Assembly (NCBI GenBank): GCA_964016885.1
Contig: OZ024746.1
Location: forward strand, 14,446,001 to 14,510,000
Length of the DNA: 64,000 nt
Direction: 5' to 3'
From: Eledone cirrhosa
Lineage: Eukaryota
Every line of letters starts with the position of its first letter. Within the stretch, counting starts at the first letter, position 1. This document shows positions 12,895-27,299 of this stretch, piece after piece. Made by a program: the position numbers and the translations under genes. A model generated the notes under the pieces. That model was not told the origin of the DNA. It worked only from the letters and a program-made list of their open reading frames with translations, and made no database searches.

Positions 12895-14707
12895 CTAGTA
12901 ATAAAAATAATGCTGCAATGATTCAATTGAAACAGTGGGCCACTTAATCTCACATGTTTCTTGTTATGTCAAGCAAACAAGCTTTCTTTCGAGTCAAGAA
13001 ATTCCCCTGTATATCCAACAGCTTCAACATTTGTAACACATAATATCCAGTTTAGTTATCTTTATATACACTTCAAATTACGACATCACCAACGTGATGT
13101 TACAGCAGGTATCTGTTAGATTTATGAAAGACACCACGAAGTGGAATTGAACCCTGAATCACATAGTTGTATGGCGAACTTCTTAATCAAACTGCAATAT
13201 CTAATCAACTAATTACTATAATTAAAACACGGGCACATTTTCTAATAAACAATCGCTTTGAAAATTGCAATTAATAAATTGAAATACAGCTGATCAAATT
13301 AACGTTTCCTGAGTCTGTGCAAACATGAAGTGTATTTCTTTCTTTACTTTCATACATTCGTCTTTCATGCATATCTAATGCGCTTAACTTCTTATTTAAC
13401 GTAGACTACAGAACTTCTTCACACATAATGTAATATTCTGTTTTCTTTTTACGTTTAATGAACACATCATTTGAACTATGTTACTAGATTCCTCATATAT
13501 TTTCAGAATACCTAAAACAATCAGCTGTTGAATGGTTGCCACAGAACATTTTTACTTGTTGTTCACTGAGACTTACTGACACCCTTCCTCTTTAAGATGA
13601 AGTTGTCTAAAAGTTCGAACAACATATGAATGTGTCAATGAGATCCGAGTCTAGAATTAGAATATAATAAATATTAATACTTAATTGGAGATAATTTTAA
13701 ACCTACACAAATTCTACGTTATTTTTAGAAAATTAAATAATGGTTATATTTGAAATAATGTCTACATGAAACAAAGATTGCGCTAGCTTTTGTCAAAAAT
13801 TTACTTATATATTCTTGAAAGTGAGATTTCTAATTGCGTTTCGACACGCGCCATCCTATTTTAGTTATTTTCCTTTAGCAAACCTGCTTTCTCTTATTTG
13901 TTCCCGAAATATCGAACGCAATGCATCATTTCAAATTATATATGAACACTACTTCGTTAATTCTCCCAGTTGCTTCTCAGTCAAATGTCATTTGACGTTT
14001 CAATTTACTACTACAATTTGTACAAAAAAAAAAAGAAAATCTTGAAAGCGTGAGAGCAACTCATTTCAAACGTAATTTTAACAGGAAAGCTGTTTCTGAC
14101 ACAAACAATTTACTGCTCACAGACGGTATCGATCGACTTATTGAAATATCCACCACCATGTCATGGTTTTAGAAAAAATATCAGATCACTTTAGCCTTCC
14201 CGTAGTAAATACTACATAGTATTGATTTCATCTGTAAGCAGTGTTGTTCCACTTTTTAGCAAATCAATCTTTCGTTCAATAAAAGTAATCTAGCAAATTC
14301 ATTATGTTGCATGAGAGACATTCTAACCAGCATTCCAATTGTTATTACATCTATTCATCTAATATGAAAGGACATTTCTGAATTAGGAAGATGGGATGAT
14401 TTTATCCTTTAATAAATATATGATGTACTTATTAATAGGATAAAATATTAACTGTCATAATGAAACGTAATATTTTATTGTATTTTATTACATTTCATCT
14501 TTATTATGACTGTATTTTTGATAAGTCTGTGAGTTAGAAAGAACATTACTTACATTATTTTGTTATCATCCGGTTTAATTTATATATGCTTCGGCTAAAA
14601 ATTCATAGATTTTACATACCACAATAATATGTGTATACTAGACTCTTTGTTTGTATTATATTGTCATGACGACATGACGACATAATTATAAATACACACA
14701 CACACAA

Positions 14708-14739
<32 letters not shown>

Positions 14740-14750
14740 TTGTGTGTGTG

Positions 14751-14872
<122 letters not shown>

Positions 14873-15728
14873 CCTTCTTTGAACTTTAAATCACTTTAAA
14901 TACTAAATATAAACTGTCATAACAGAACTTTTAAAACTTTATTCAACAAGTACAGATATCCACAAGACAAAAATAACCCAATTTTAATTCAGTGAATATT
15001 GTCTCATATCTTTCTTGTTTTGTTGGCAAATTTTACAAGAGAAATGAAATATTTTAAACTATCGTTCAATAAACGTTTTAAAGCATCTCGATATCTAGTT
15101 TAATGGAAATAATTAAATAACAACTCATATGAAATATATTATTGGCTGATGTAAAAATATATAGACCATATCCATTAATATACATATTTACAGTTAGAAT
15201 AGGTACACTTTTGTAAATATTTCATAATTAATTGAAATAAATAGTTACTATATATTCAGGGAATGGTAAAAGTGCAGATAAACAATAATTTTATATTTCT
15301 GATTATAGTAGAAATATGCACAAGCCAGAATGTGAAGACTTCATCATTTTCAAAAGACTTGAAAAGTGAATAGGTGAAAAAAGTGAAAACGAAAATCATC
15401 TTGTAATTGAAAACAAAGGTAATTATCAGATCCCAGTATTTTTATGAAAATAAAAGAAAGGAATTATAATCATAAGAGTAATATCTGGGTATTTTGTTTC
15501 CATAAGAATTATATGAATTTGGTGGAAATTTAATGGCTAAAAACTTAACACAAATTAAGACATACGTTGAACATAAAATAATTAAATGTTTCTTTTTTTC
15601 GAAACTAACATAAAATTGCTACATATCCCAAATAAGGAAAATACATTGATGTGGGAGAAATTTAGCCGAAATGTATCATTTGAATATAAAATAAATATAA
15701 CATAAACGGATTTATAAAGTTGAAAAAT

Positions 15729-15910
15729 TGATTGGCAGTATCGGTAGAGGGTCGGACGCCATGCTTTGGCGCATATAGTTACGGTCCTTGCCATTCTGAG
15801 TTCAAATCCCGCCGAGGATAACTTTGCCTTTTATCCTTACGGAGTCGATAAAATAAAGTACCAGTAATCCACTAGTAATTTGCTGGCCTTGTGCCAAAAG
15901 TAGAAACAAT
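15729..15910 (+). mobile_element. SINE family A
   Basis: A box TGGCAGTATCGG, B box GAGTTCAAATCCC, core and 3' end all present. Confidence 0.9.
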
Positions 15911-16561
15911 TATTTACAATAACAACAATTCCTGAAAAATATTTTTGTAGAAAACGTTTCCCATATTATGGAGGAATTGTGACTATTAAACTCTGTCATA
16001 ACTTGGAATTCTTTAATACAAAACTTGTTTTTCCATTGATTCCATATAAATTGAGATTCTTTGGAATTTTGTTTTAAGCCGAGTAATACAACCATTTATG
16101 CGAGTAAAACTAACAATTATTGAATACATACAGTAGAGTAAACTTTAAACAAAACAGTGTAACAAAATATATTGAGGAATAAATAAGAATTTTTTTAATT
16201 AATTTTCACTTGAATTACCGTGTTTATCGGCACATTACATCAGGCAGATATATGAAACATACAATTAATGGTGTACAGTTAATGGTGTAGCCTGTGAAGA
16301 ACATCAAGTTTAACGTCCCACATAATCCATTTACGATTCGTTTTCGCACTAATGCCTTCTCTTCTATTTGATGGCCTCTCTGTATTAGATTGTACCCACT
16401 GTATTTTTCTAAACGATAAATCCAATAGCAGCCGTAATAGTGAAACATTCTACAAAACCTTGGCGAAATACAAGAAATTCAAAAAGCGCATCTGGTTTGT
16501 TTCTGCATCTCACACTCTCTTCTATCTTTCTTTCTCTCTCTCACACACACTCTCTCTCTCA

Positions 16562-16596
<35 letters not shown>

Positions 16597-16686
16597 TCTC
16601 TCTCACTCTCTCTCTCTCTCTCTCACTCTCTCTCTCACTCTATCTCTCTCACTCTCTCTCTATATATATATATATATGTATTATGT

Positions 16687-16782
<96 letters not shown>

Positions 16783-19145
16783 GAATGACCTACGCAATAC
16801 ATTCTCACTTAACTGATTATAGATTGAAATGAGTTTTGGGAGATTCATCTCTTAGTTTCTTGAAATTATCTCCTCTTTTCTTAAAGAGTTACTGAAGATT
16901 TCTACAAGATTTTCTTATCGCTTTCTAAAAAGAATATTTCAACTAAGTATGTTTTTGCCTATGTTATTCAGTGCTACATCACTTTACCTATACATATCTT
17001 TTAGCTCTTTACATTTATTAACTCGGCGAATTATTACTCTTTCTCTGCGTGAATTCCTTTGACGATTGAACAAACAGGCGCACATATATTTTGAAGCGGA
17101 GGTCTAATAAGGCTGAAGCATTCCTTAACTACCATATGGGCTGCTGACAAAGATAAGATTTTCTTGTAAGAAAGTGAATGACATTTGTGAAATTGATTAT
17201 TGTTTTCTTGAAATTATCCTCTCCGCTTTATGAGAGTCGCTAAAAATTATCGCTAGGTTTTTGTTTCCTTTCTCAAAGCGGAAACTTTAATTGAATGTGA
17301 TTTATTTACGCACGTCATTCAAAACATTATCACTTAAGATGTACATCTAAATTAAAGACATTGATCTACATGGAATACTTCTCTAAACTCATATTTTTTT
17401 CATTTTGCAAATTATCTTTAGCTAAATATCTTCACAATACTTTTTAGTATTAGAACCATCGTCGATATTTGAAGCAAGTTTGAGATTTGCTATGACTTCG
17501 CTGATGAGATACTAAAACCGGAACATCTCCATAGTTCTCTTCCAACCTTCTAAAAATGGACCGGTTTTCCTTTTAAGCGGGTAAATTAATTTTGTACAAT
17601 TGTTTCTTAATGTCTTGCTAGGAAGAAAGTTTCAATTAATTGAAAAACTTTGCGTGCGTCATTCAGTATAGCGTCCTTATTTATCATAATTATATCATAC
17701 TTATATCGTATTTATATCATTATGTGTGTGTCTGTGTATATATGAGTATACACAGACACACACATGAGTATATATATACATGTGTACAGCCATGGTTTAT
17801 ATATCAGACTGATAAGATAATGTTTTGATGAAGTTGAGACGAATTGAATAAAATAATTCAATATTAATTCATTCCCATAAATTTACTTTGAAGTTACAGA
17901 ACAAAGGCTTACTGACTGCACCAGTTACGTTAGTTGCCTGTGATCTTGTCTAATGCTGTATTGATTAACCTCATTAAAATATCGTTTCTACTATTTTATT
18001 TTAATAAAAACTTTCTGCAACATTGACCAATATTATTTTATAACAGAGAATTTCTTAGGTCAAGCATCTCTTTAATCTCGATCTTATTCTAATCAAATAT
18101 TTTAAAATCTCTAATTCAACTCATTATTACTAAACTAAAGATTCAGACTACATTGCCATATGTTTTTGTTAAATACAATTTTGTCTAATTATTAATTTTC
18201 TCTCAATAAATGTTTATTTATATCTTAGTTTTGCACACATTCTGTGTATATACAGTTATAAATTTATTTGTAAGACTCCTTTTCTTAACAATTGAATAAT
18301 TCACGAATAAGGATATTAACTACATTCTGTCCTGTATCATTATAACATAAAAAAGGCAACAGTACGGTAGAGCAACCGACAGGTAATGTTGCAGTTTCTA
18401 ATGGTACTATTCTCTTGAATAATTACTTTTCATATGCTCTTCCTGTACATTTGTGAATTCTGGCCAAATATATTGAAGGGCTCAGAGTGGCTTAAAATAC
18501 AAAACTAGACAATGCAATGTTAAAAATCTTTTAATTGAATAAATAAATGATCATATGATATATTAGAAAACATTAGCTGTCAATTTATCTTTGTGCCTCT
18601 GATATATACAAGACTGTCATATTTTATTTTTAATCAATAAATATAAGCATTGCTTTCCCCAATTTGATATTTCGTGTAAAGAACAAAAACTATTCCTCAA
18701 ACAATTATATTTAAATTGTCATTGTTTAAATATATTTAGATGGTCATGTTTGAAAGGAACAAAATTATTGAATATAAGAATGAATTCATGTATCTATACC
18801 CTTTTCTTTTGAAATTTGAGGCCCTATAATAGATTAAGATGAATTATTATATTGATGTAAATATCTTCCAACGAACAGATCATTGTTGAGCACGCCTCTT
18901 ATTACATACGACCCTTAAACAGAACTGATTCAACAAATAAATAACGTAACTCACTCCAAATAATAGAGGACTCCATATAATAGATACCATGAAACTCTCT
19001 TTCAGTACTACGTTTAACTTCGCACAAAAGTTTGCTTCATCGAATCTAGCAAAGCTTAACTCTGATACAACACAAAGAATGAATGATACAAGTATAAGAC
19101 GGTAATGCAACTAGATTCAAAACGTTTCATTGAAAATAGGTTTCC

Positions 19146-19222
<77 letters not shown>

Positions 19223-20296
19223 AGTCTGTGTATATAAATCTGGGTGTATATATCAAACCACCGCCTTATATAACCCCCACCCTTTTTGCATTAATGTATT
19301 TGCAGGATTTTTTAGTATATTGATTCTTGAGAGTGGCGAATACAACGGATATAAATTTTAAACGTTCAGAAATAATTTTACTGCAATTTAGAATGCAAAT
19401 AACTCGTTGAAAGATCAATTTAACAGTGTAGGTATTCAATCCATCAATTTCAGAGAACGATAATAATTGAGAAGGGGAGTTAGCTAAACTACATCCACGT
19501 TTGTTAACAGGATTCATTATTAGATTGAAAGGCTATTAAGGCAAGATCTCGAATATTCCTTTAGCTCTATCTCTACCAAATGGGAATTTTCAATCACTTG
19601 AACAGCACTAAAGCACATTATTTATGTTTACTATTCATTGCAATAAATGAAGTGTTACAGCATCAATTATCTGAATTCAAAACAGATTTCCATCTTTGTC
19701 ATCAAAGTTCTGTAACATCTTGTATATTTGTAATTCGACCTGGAGAGAACATGGGCTCCGCCAGGTTTAAAACAATGCCCTAGAAACGCAGTATGTCAAT
19801 GTGGTGCCCCTACGACTCCCTCGGGAGTCGTAGGGGCACCACCGCCAGGTTTAAAAGTGCCCTAGACACGCCATATGACGGTGCCTCTATGACTCCACAA
19901 GTTCGTTTCTATAATATCTTCATCAATATTCCATACATTACTTTTCAACTAACATTGAAAACAGATTTCCTAGAACATACGTTCAATGGGCTGAAGAAAT
20001 TCCTCCAAGATTCCTCCAAGATTCCTCCAATCACAGGTAAACATGCTACAATAATATGGTGTCTAAATTACAGCCAACTAAGCTACACATTTTAGAGTAC
20101 ATTTCTAATTAGAAAATATACTGAAATACTTGGCCCGAATTCTTGAGAACCCATTTTGAGATAGCTATGTGTGGGTCCTTGCTTGTACTGTGGGATAACT
20201 GCGTAATGCAGCATAACGAGACTATCAATACCTACGTGTATATTCATATATTCATACACACATACATAGATTTTCACACACACACATGTATATTTA

Positions 20297-20380
<84 letters not shown>

Positions 20381-20486
20381 TAAAAGGAAAAGAAAATGCT
20401 GACAAATTTTTCCCAGTGAAAAGTTTGTCAGCATATTCTTTTACTAATATATCACAACTCGTGTGTTACACCTCTATTCATATATA

Positions 20487-20855
<369 letters not shown>

Positions 20856-20914
20856 AAAAGAGTCAGGACCCCGGTATGGGTCGAAAAGTACTCCACTACG
20901 GAAGTAAGAGCTAG

Positions 20915-20996
20915 ATAACGAAGGAAGTGTGGTAAGAAACCAGGTGGACCATAATGCATATGGTCCACCTGGTTCCGACCACACTTCCTTCGTTAT
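20915..20996. repeat. Inverted repeat; arms related to the tails of the 31015 and 33017 elements
   Basis: ATAACGAAGGAAGTGTGGT..ACCAGGTGGACCATA pairs with TATGGTCCACCTGGT..ACCACACTTCCTTCGTTAT. Confidence 0.85.
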
Positions 20997-21107
20997 ATAT
21001 ATGTATATATAGTAATAATAATAGATGTGAAGACTAAAATCCAAAGAGGACTCGATAAGGATAAATATATATCAAATATATAAGAACCATAGAGCAAATA
21101 TCTTTTT

Positions 21108-21494
21108 AAATAACAGATTAAAGTTTAAGCAAAGAATCGCTGCTTTCGCCCTTAACGGGATCTTCTGAAACTAAAGAAAATCAATCTGTGAACGCAGAAG
21201 TAAATATTTCGAAAAACGTTTCAACCGAAGGAAAACAGGAAGACGATACTTATCAATATAACATCATTATGTTTATTCATTTGTGACACGTTTTTCGCGA
21301 TCTAATAGCTCAAGGTACGATCGGTATTGATCGCAAATGACTCTGGAATCGAAAACTCATCAGACTTGTGTATTCTCAAATGACTACGGTGTAATACCAA
21401 ACGTAGAAACCACATCGTCAACCGGACCCATATTGGCATTGTGTGAAACCAGTGATCCAGTGGATCAATAGTAACAACACGTTACATACCAATA

Positions 21495-21567
<73 letters not shown>

Positions 21568-21861
21568 AGGGTGTTAAAGTTTGCTTGAAGCATTGTGAAA
21601 TGTGTAAAATACGTAGTTAAGAAAGCCACAACAATGCAGAGGGAAATCTCGAGGTAGGAAGTGAATGATAGATAGGAGAAACAGGTGAAAGTGAAAATTG
21701 ACAGGTGAAAGTGAAAACATCTCCACTACGGTAACCCTTCTACCTTTGTTTTGTTTTCATCTTTGTCTCTCTCAATTTTCACTTTCACCTGTTTCTCCTA
21801 TCTATCATTCACTTCCTACCTCGAGATTTCCCTCTGCATTGTTGTGGCTTTCTTAACTACG

Positions 21862-21927
<66 letters not shown>

Positions 21928-22072
21928 AAATAACAGATTAAAGTTTAAGCAAAGAATCGCTGCCTTCACCCTTAATGGGATCTTCTGAAACTAAAAAATA
22001 TCAATATGTGGACGCAGAGGTTAATATTTCGAAAAACGTTGCAACCGAAGGAAAACAGGAAGACGATACTTA
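21108..22072. repeat. ~145-bp dispersed direct repeat (21108-21252 and 21928-22072)
   Basis: AAATAACAGATTAAAGTTTAAGCAAAGAATCGCTGC...GGAAGACGATACTTA occurs twice. The minus strand of the first copy has CAGAAGA-TCCC-GTTAA-GGGC-GAAA, a degenerate hammerhead-like core. Confidence 0.85.
21564..21868 (-). mobile_element. Fold-back element (~95-bp arms at ~21606-21701 and ~21771-21868, plus tail)
   Basis: Near-perfect arms between two (TA)n tracts. The tail 21564-21597 is the reverse complement of ~11902-11935 (CACAATGCTTCAAGCAAACTT..ACxCTCTTA). Confidence 0.85.
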
Positions 22073-23098
22073 GGTTCGTGAAGACGTTCCCTGGCAGTGA
22101 ACGGAAAAAAGCGAAGATAATACGTCGTTATATATATATATATATTATAGAAATGACTTCCGCTGGACTAAAACTGTTTCACTCGTATGAATGAAAGAAT
22201 TTCAATCCTGTAGAAATCATTTCTATACTCTACTAACGTATTGTGTACCTTTTTAACTGTGATACGCATCGGGAATCCAACTATAATTATATATATATTT
22301 ATATAATTATATATATATATATAATTAAGAAATAGGATTTCGCTTCAAGCAATATAATTATATATATATATGTGTATGTGTGTTTGTGTGTGTGTGTTTG
22401 TGTGTGTGTTTGTGTGTGTATGTGTGTGTGTGTTTGGATGAAGCGTGAATGCAAATATTTACTATATATTTTAAGTAGATATGTCAAATTGCATATTGCT
22501 AGACAAATTTAATTTCATATTTTATTAAGCTTTAGATGGATTTTACAGTAAATTCTGTAATAAAATATATTACAGAATTTACTCCCCTTTAGTATGACTT
22601 CTTTTTTTTTCATACTTATACATGTTGATTAGAATGCTATGTGCTTTGATGTTATATCAATGGGCATACCAATAAGGAATCTGTTTGAGATGCAACCAAT
22701 TTACCTTCTAATATCAACAACAGTTTTGCAGAATTATCTCCAATGAAGCATTGAAGTCAGCTTCAATTGAATGAAATATTCCACCATTAAGGCTCAATAT
22801 ATTTCGATTTACGATTTTCTAATAAACGGTAATTGCTTGACAACGGCAATAAAACTGAAACGTAGATCTTTTGAATACATCTAATAAAATGAAGGAAAAT
22901 ATTTAATGTTTAAGATCTTCAAGGTTAGAATTATTAAAATCTTGTAAATGTCAGATATTGATATATATTCTAAAGGAACCTATAAATTTGTCTTCGCTAT
23001 AAAAAAAAATAGTAGCCTTCAAATAAATAACATACACCATAACTCTTAGTGTTAAACAATAAACGAGCAGAGGGAAATCAAAAAGGTATCACTGAATC

Positions 23099-23172
<74 letters not shown>

Positions 23173-23275
23173 AAGAATTTACTATATAACTATAATCCAA
23201 AATTGAAACTTTAATAAAACATTGCAAACGTGTTGTCATATAATTTAGTATTATACATTGAATCAAGGCAAATAA

Positions 23276-23362
<87 letters not shown>

Positions 23363-23653
23363 TGCACATATGCATAAATGCGTGTGCGTTCTAATGTGCA
23401 CATGTGAGTGTATATGTGCGTATTTGGTTGTTGCTTTTGTTGTTGCTTTTTGTTCTTTTGGAGTTAATTTTATGTCTGTATATTTCTATTTTGTTGGCAG
23501 CATAGTTGTGGGAAAACTATCACTTCTGCAACTCTCACGGCTCTATGCTTAAGGTTTTACCTTATTTGTTTATTCCTTCTACAATAGATTTAGTCAATGA
23601 TGTTTTTATGTCCGGCAGGAGGCGAGAGATGTATGTCGACATATACATATATA

Positions 23654-23771
23654 GAGGGTGTCCTCCAAAAATGTATACATACTTTGATTACCTGTAGAGG
23701 CAATATTTATTTAGAGGCAATATTTATTAGAATGCTGTTGAAGTGTGTATACATTTTGGGGGGACACCCTG
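23654..23771. mobile_element. Tc1/mariner-type MITE
   Basis: ~30-bp TIRs GAGGGTGTCCTCCAAAAATGTATACATACTT and AAGTGTGTATACATTTTGGGGGACACCCTG, flanked by TA. Confidence 0.8.
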
Positions 23772-25987
23772 TATATATGTTTGCGTTTGTATTTTTTTTT
23801 TTTTTAAGGATGTCCTCTTCTGCTGCTATTTTTAGCTTTCTATTGCTGTTAGTGCTACAGGTTGTATGATTGCTGTTTGTTTTGTTTCTATTGTTGTTTC
23901 AATCATTGCAACACTGAGGTTGGCGGATTTTGATTGCAGCATAGAATAAAACATTCTCACCAGAAACCACCAATTGCATGTAATAAGCAGGATATATTCA
24001 ATAACTGCAAGATTTGTTGAGGTTGGGAAGTCTTAGCTATATTCCCAAACAGGAGAGAGTCCAGGCTTTCAGGTAGTTATGGCAATATTATGAGTTAGTA
24101 AAAGAAATCTTAGCTGAAATGCTCTCGTGTAACCATGCCAAGGGATATTCCATTTCCCACAGCCGTTGATATGTCTTTATTTTGAATTCCAAACACTTTA
24201 CAGTTGTAATATATATGAAATGTTAAGTGTTTATAGATGTTTGGAATTTTCAATACGCGTGTTATTTCTCAGCTGGAAGAAATATCCACACTCTGTTAAA
24301 ATTCTGTCACTTTGTATAAATTTAGAGTACTAGATTGCTTTGTTTTCATTTGTTACGCCGTTCTGTGTTCTCAGTTAAAAATCGTCCAGTGTCAATTTTG
24401 TATTTCATTATTCTGGGAGATATAAAATATAATAGTGGGCTGTTCTGTTTTCTCTCAATCTGTAGCGTTTTTTCTTTAATAGAAAATAATTATTGTGGTT
24501 ATGTCTGTTAATTATATTAATTTAATAATGGTTCTCCTCACATGGCATGATATCGTAAGAACATTATCTGAAATCACGCTGGAAAACGGCATAAACGTAT
24601 GTATATTTTACCTCGATTAAAATGTAGAAAAATCAACTTTTTCACGAGGTACAACTATATCAAAAGTTACCTTATTGATATTTGATTATTTTGAGTATGT
24701 CTATTTTATTTCGGAAACTATTGGACGAGAAAACATAATGATGATGAGACGAACTAAATTTTTTATTGTACTTACGTGTGTTTTTTCTCAAGTCAAAATT
24801 ACTTTGCTTTCAATCTCTACAATTAATAAATTGCCGGGGTGCATTTCGTGAATCAATCGACTATAGTCCTTGCCAAAGCACCAAATCACTATTCTATATT
24901 TTTTAGACATTACTTCATTGAATTTTTTAATAAAAAATAATCATACCTTACTCTGATTTTTCAAGAAACTAATTACGGTGCTTTATACCTAAATCAATTT
25001 TACACGAAATATATCAAGATTTCAAAAGAAAATACAAAAAAATGTTTAATCATAGCATACGAAATATATAACTTTTAATGATTTGATAAAGGAAACTAAA
25101 TATAAATAACATTTCATGAACATGCATTTACATTGGACCTGAAACTGAATTATGAAAACCAAAACTACTATTATATTATAGAAAGCGCGTGACCTAGTAG
25201 TCAATGTGTTAGGCATATGAATATATGACTGAAGGTTCGATTACTGGACCGAGTGCCGCACTCTGCTCGTGAGTTAAAGGGCATTATTTCATGCCCCACC
25301 TGCCAGGATTTGAGATCGACAGATAATATCAGCAATGGAAAGACTTTGGCCCAGTATAACGATCGGCTCCTTTTCTTTTTATATAAAGCCCCTAAAAGTG
25401 TTGTACAATGGAAAATATCTAAATGCAAGAAACAATTATTTATATAAGAAAGCACATGAAAAGTATTATCAACATAGCAGGTGACCCGGAAGACTTACAT
25501 GATATACGAAGCAATCATAAAAATGCCTAGATATAGGTAGCACTAGTGCCATTGTTAATAACTTAAAATAAATGTTCGCTTTCTACGTATACTCCTTTCA
25601 TTCAAATTGTTTTGAAAGTCTCTTGGAAAGATAATATACCAACCCTCTATCCTACAACTTTATTATTTATGCTGATGTGAAAATATATTTTTTTTACAAG
25701 GTATATTGATCGCGAATATAAGCGGCCGAAATAAAACATTTGATGACTGAGTCTTAGATTAATAATGAATTATAAGCTTGCCCGCCCCACCCAAATATGA
25801 TAAATATGTATTCTAGTGTAACCACGCCATTAATGGTACATTAAAGTCAATAACATCCTTTCAAATCCTACTCCATTCCATGTCTCATCCGAGATCGAAT
25901 CTATCTTGTGTCTTCAGGCAAATATAGACATTGTGCTCTTGAAACAAAAGTAATATACATTGTACAAAATAGAATAGATCTCCTTAA

Positions 25988-26176
25988 TTAATTGTGTCTA
26001 CTTTTGGCACAATGCCAGCAATTACCCAGTGCATTACTGGTACTTTATTTTATCGACCCCGTAAGGATGAAAGACACGGTTAACCTCGGTGGTATTTGAA
26101 TTCAGATCATAAAGGGCCATAACTCTATGCTACAAAGCATGGCGTCCGACCCTCTACCGATACTGCCAATCCACCT
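25988..26176 (-). mobile_element. SINE family A
   Basis: Full reverse-complement copy. Confidence 0.9.
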
Positions 26177-26579
26177 TAAATAGTGATTTATAATATAGAC
26201 ACATGGTATATGTTATTAATTGAAGGGGGCCATAGTGGATTATATCAACCCGACTGGTGGAAAGAAAAGTTTATTTCAGCGGTATTTGAACCGCCCTTGT
26301 ACTCTAAGATAGTAAGCTAAAAGTTAATAAGCCGAATAAGGAATGCTCACTGTTAAATTTCATTGTACACGTGAGACGTGCCAGCAATAAAATCTATTCA
26401 TTACTGGATTCATCTGTAACATATATAGATTTACCTGTAACATATATAAGGAGACACATGAGGGACTGCTTAATCGAGAATGTAATTATCCCAAGAACAA
26501 ATATAAATGTAAAATCTGATTTGGTATTCAATGTAAATATAACCCAGAAAGCAAAGACAACAGCAGATGCAGATATCTT

Positions 26580-26794
26580 TTGCTAGAATTTAAAATAAGG
26601 TAGCTGGAAAGTATTGTAATAATGTATTGTAACCCTATAACAACGCCTTATATAGAACAGATTAATTCCCCAATGCTGGTCGATCTATTGTCTGCTAAAA
26701 TTTGAAATAAGACACTTGGAAAATATTGTAATAATATATTGTAGTCCTATAACAACGCTTTATATAGAACAGATTAATTCCCAATGCTGGTCGA
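26580..26794. repeat. ~111-bp diverged tandem duplication
   Basis: TGCTAgAATTTaAAATAAG...TATAACAACGC.TTATATAGAACAGATTAATTCCCAATGCTGGTCGAT occurs twice. Confidence 0.85.
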
Positions 26795-27299
26795 TTTAAT
26801 TGAATCAGTTCAACAAAGTTGTAGTGTTCGACAATTATTTTATTTATATTTTAATTTTTAGTTTGATTATAGCATGGAATAAACGTCCAAATCGGTATGC
26901 ATTTTCAACATCTTAAACGAGGCATTGATTTTTAACAATAATTAATACGTTTAAGTCGATGCATATCGATCATTACTAAAGATTTATTTGAGACTAATTA
27001 TTCCTGTGTTCTGAGAAAAACAAACTCTACTTACAGCTTTAGATAATTACCTAATTATATAAAAGCCGTAAGTAGATAATTAATGAATTAGCTCTGCGAA
27101 TAAACAGTGAAGTATAGACGGAGATGTAGAAAGCCAATACAGTGATTTTAGACACCATAACATATCACATATAAAAGCATCCTTCGAACAATATATCCCT
27201 TTTCTTGAAACTTCTTTCTTGGCGGTATAGATATATCTAAAAGTTAGGTTAATGTATGAATATCATGGCAAATGTTGCTTTATTAAACCGTCTCACCAG

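Noticed and set aside
25375-25450. TATA-box-like TATATAAAG sites
   Set aside because: Expected by chance in AT-rich DNA, with no downstream gene evidence.
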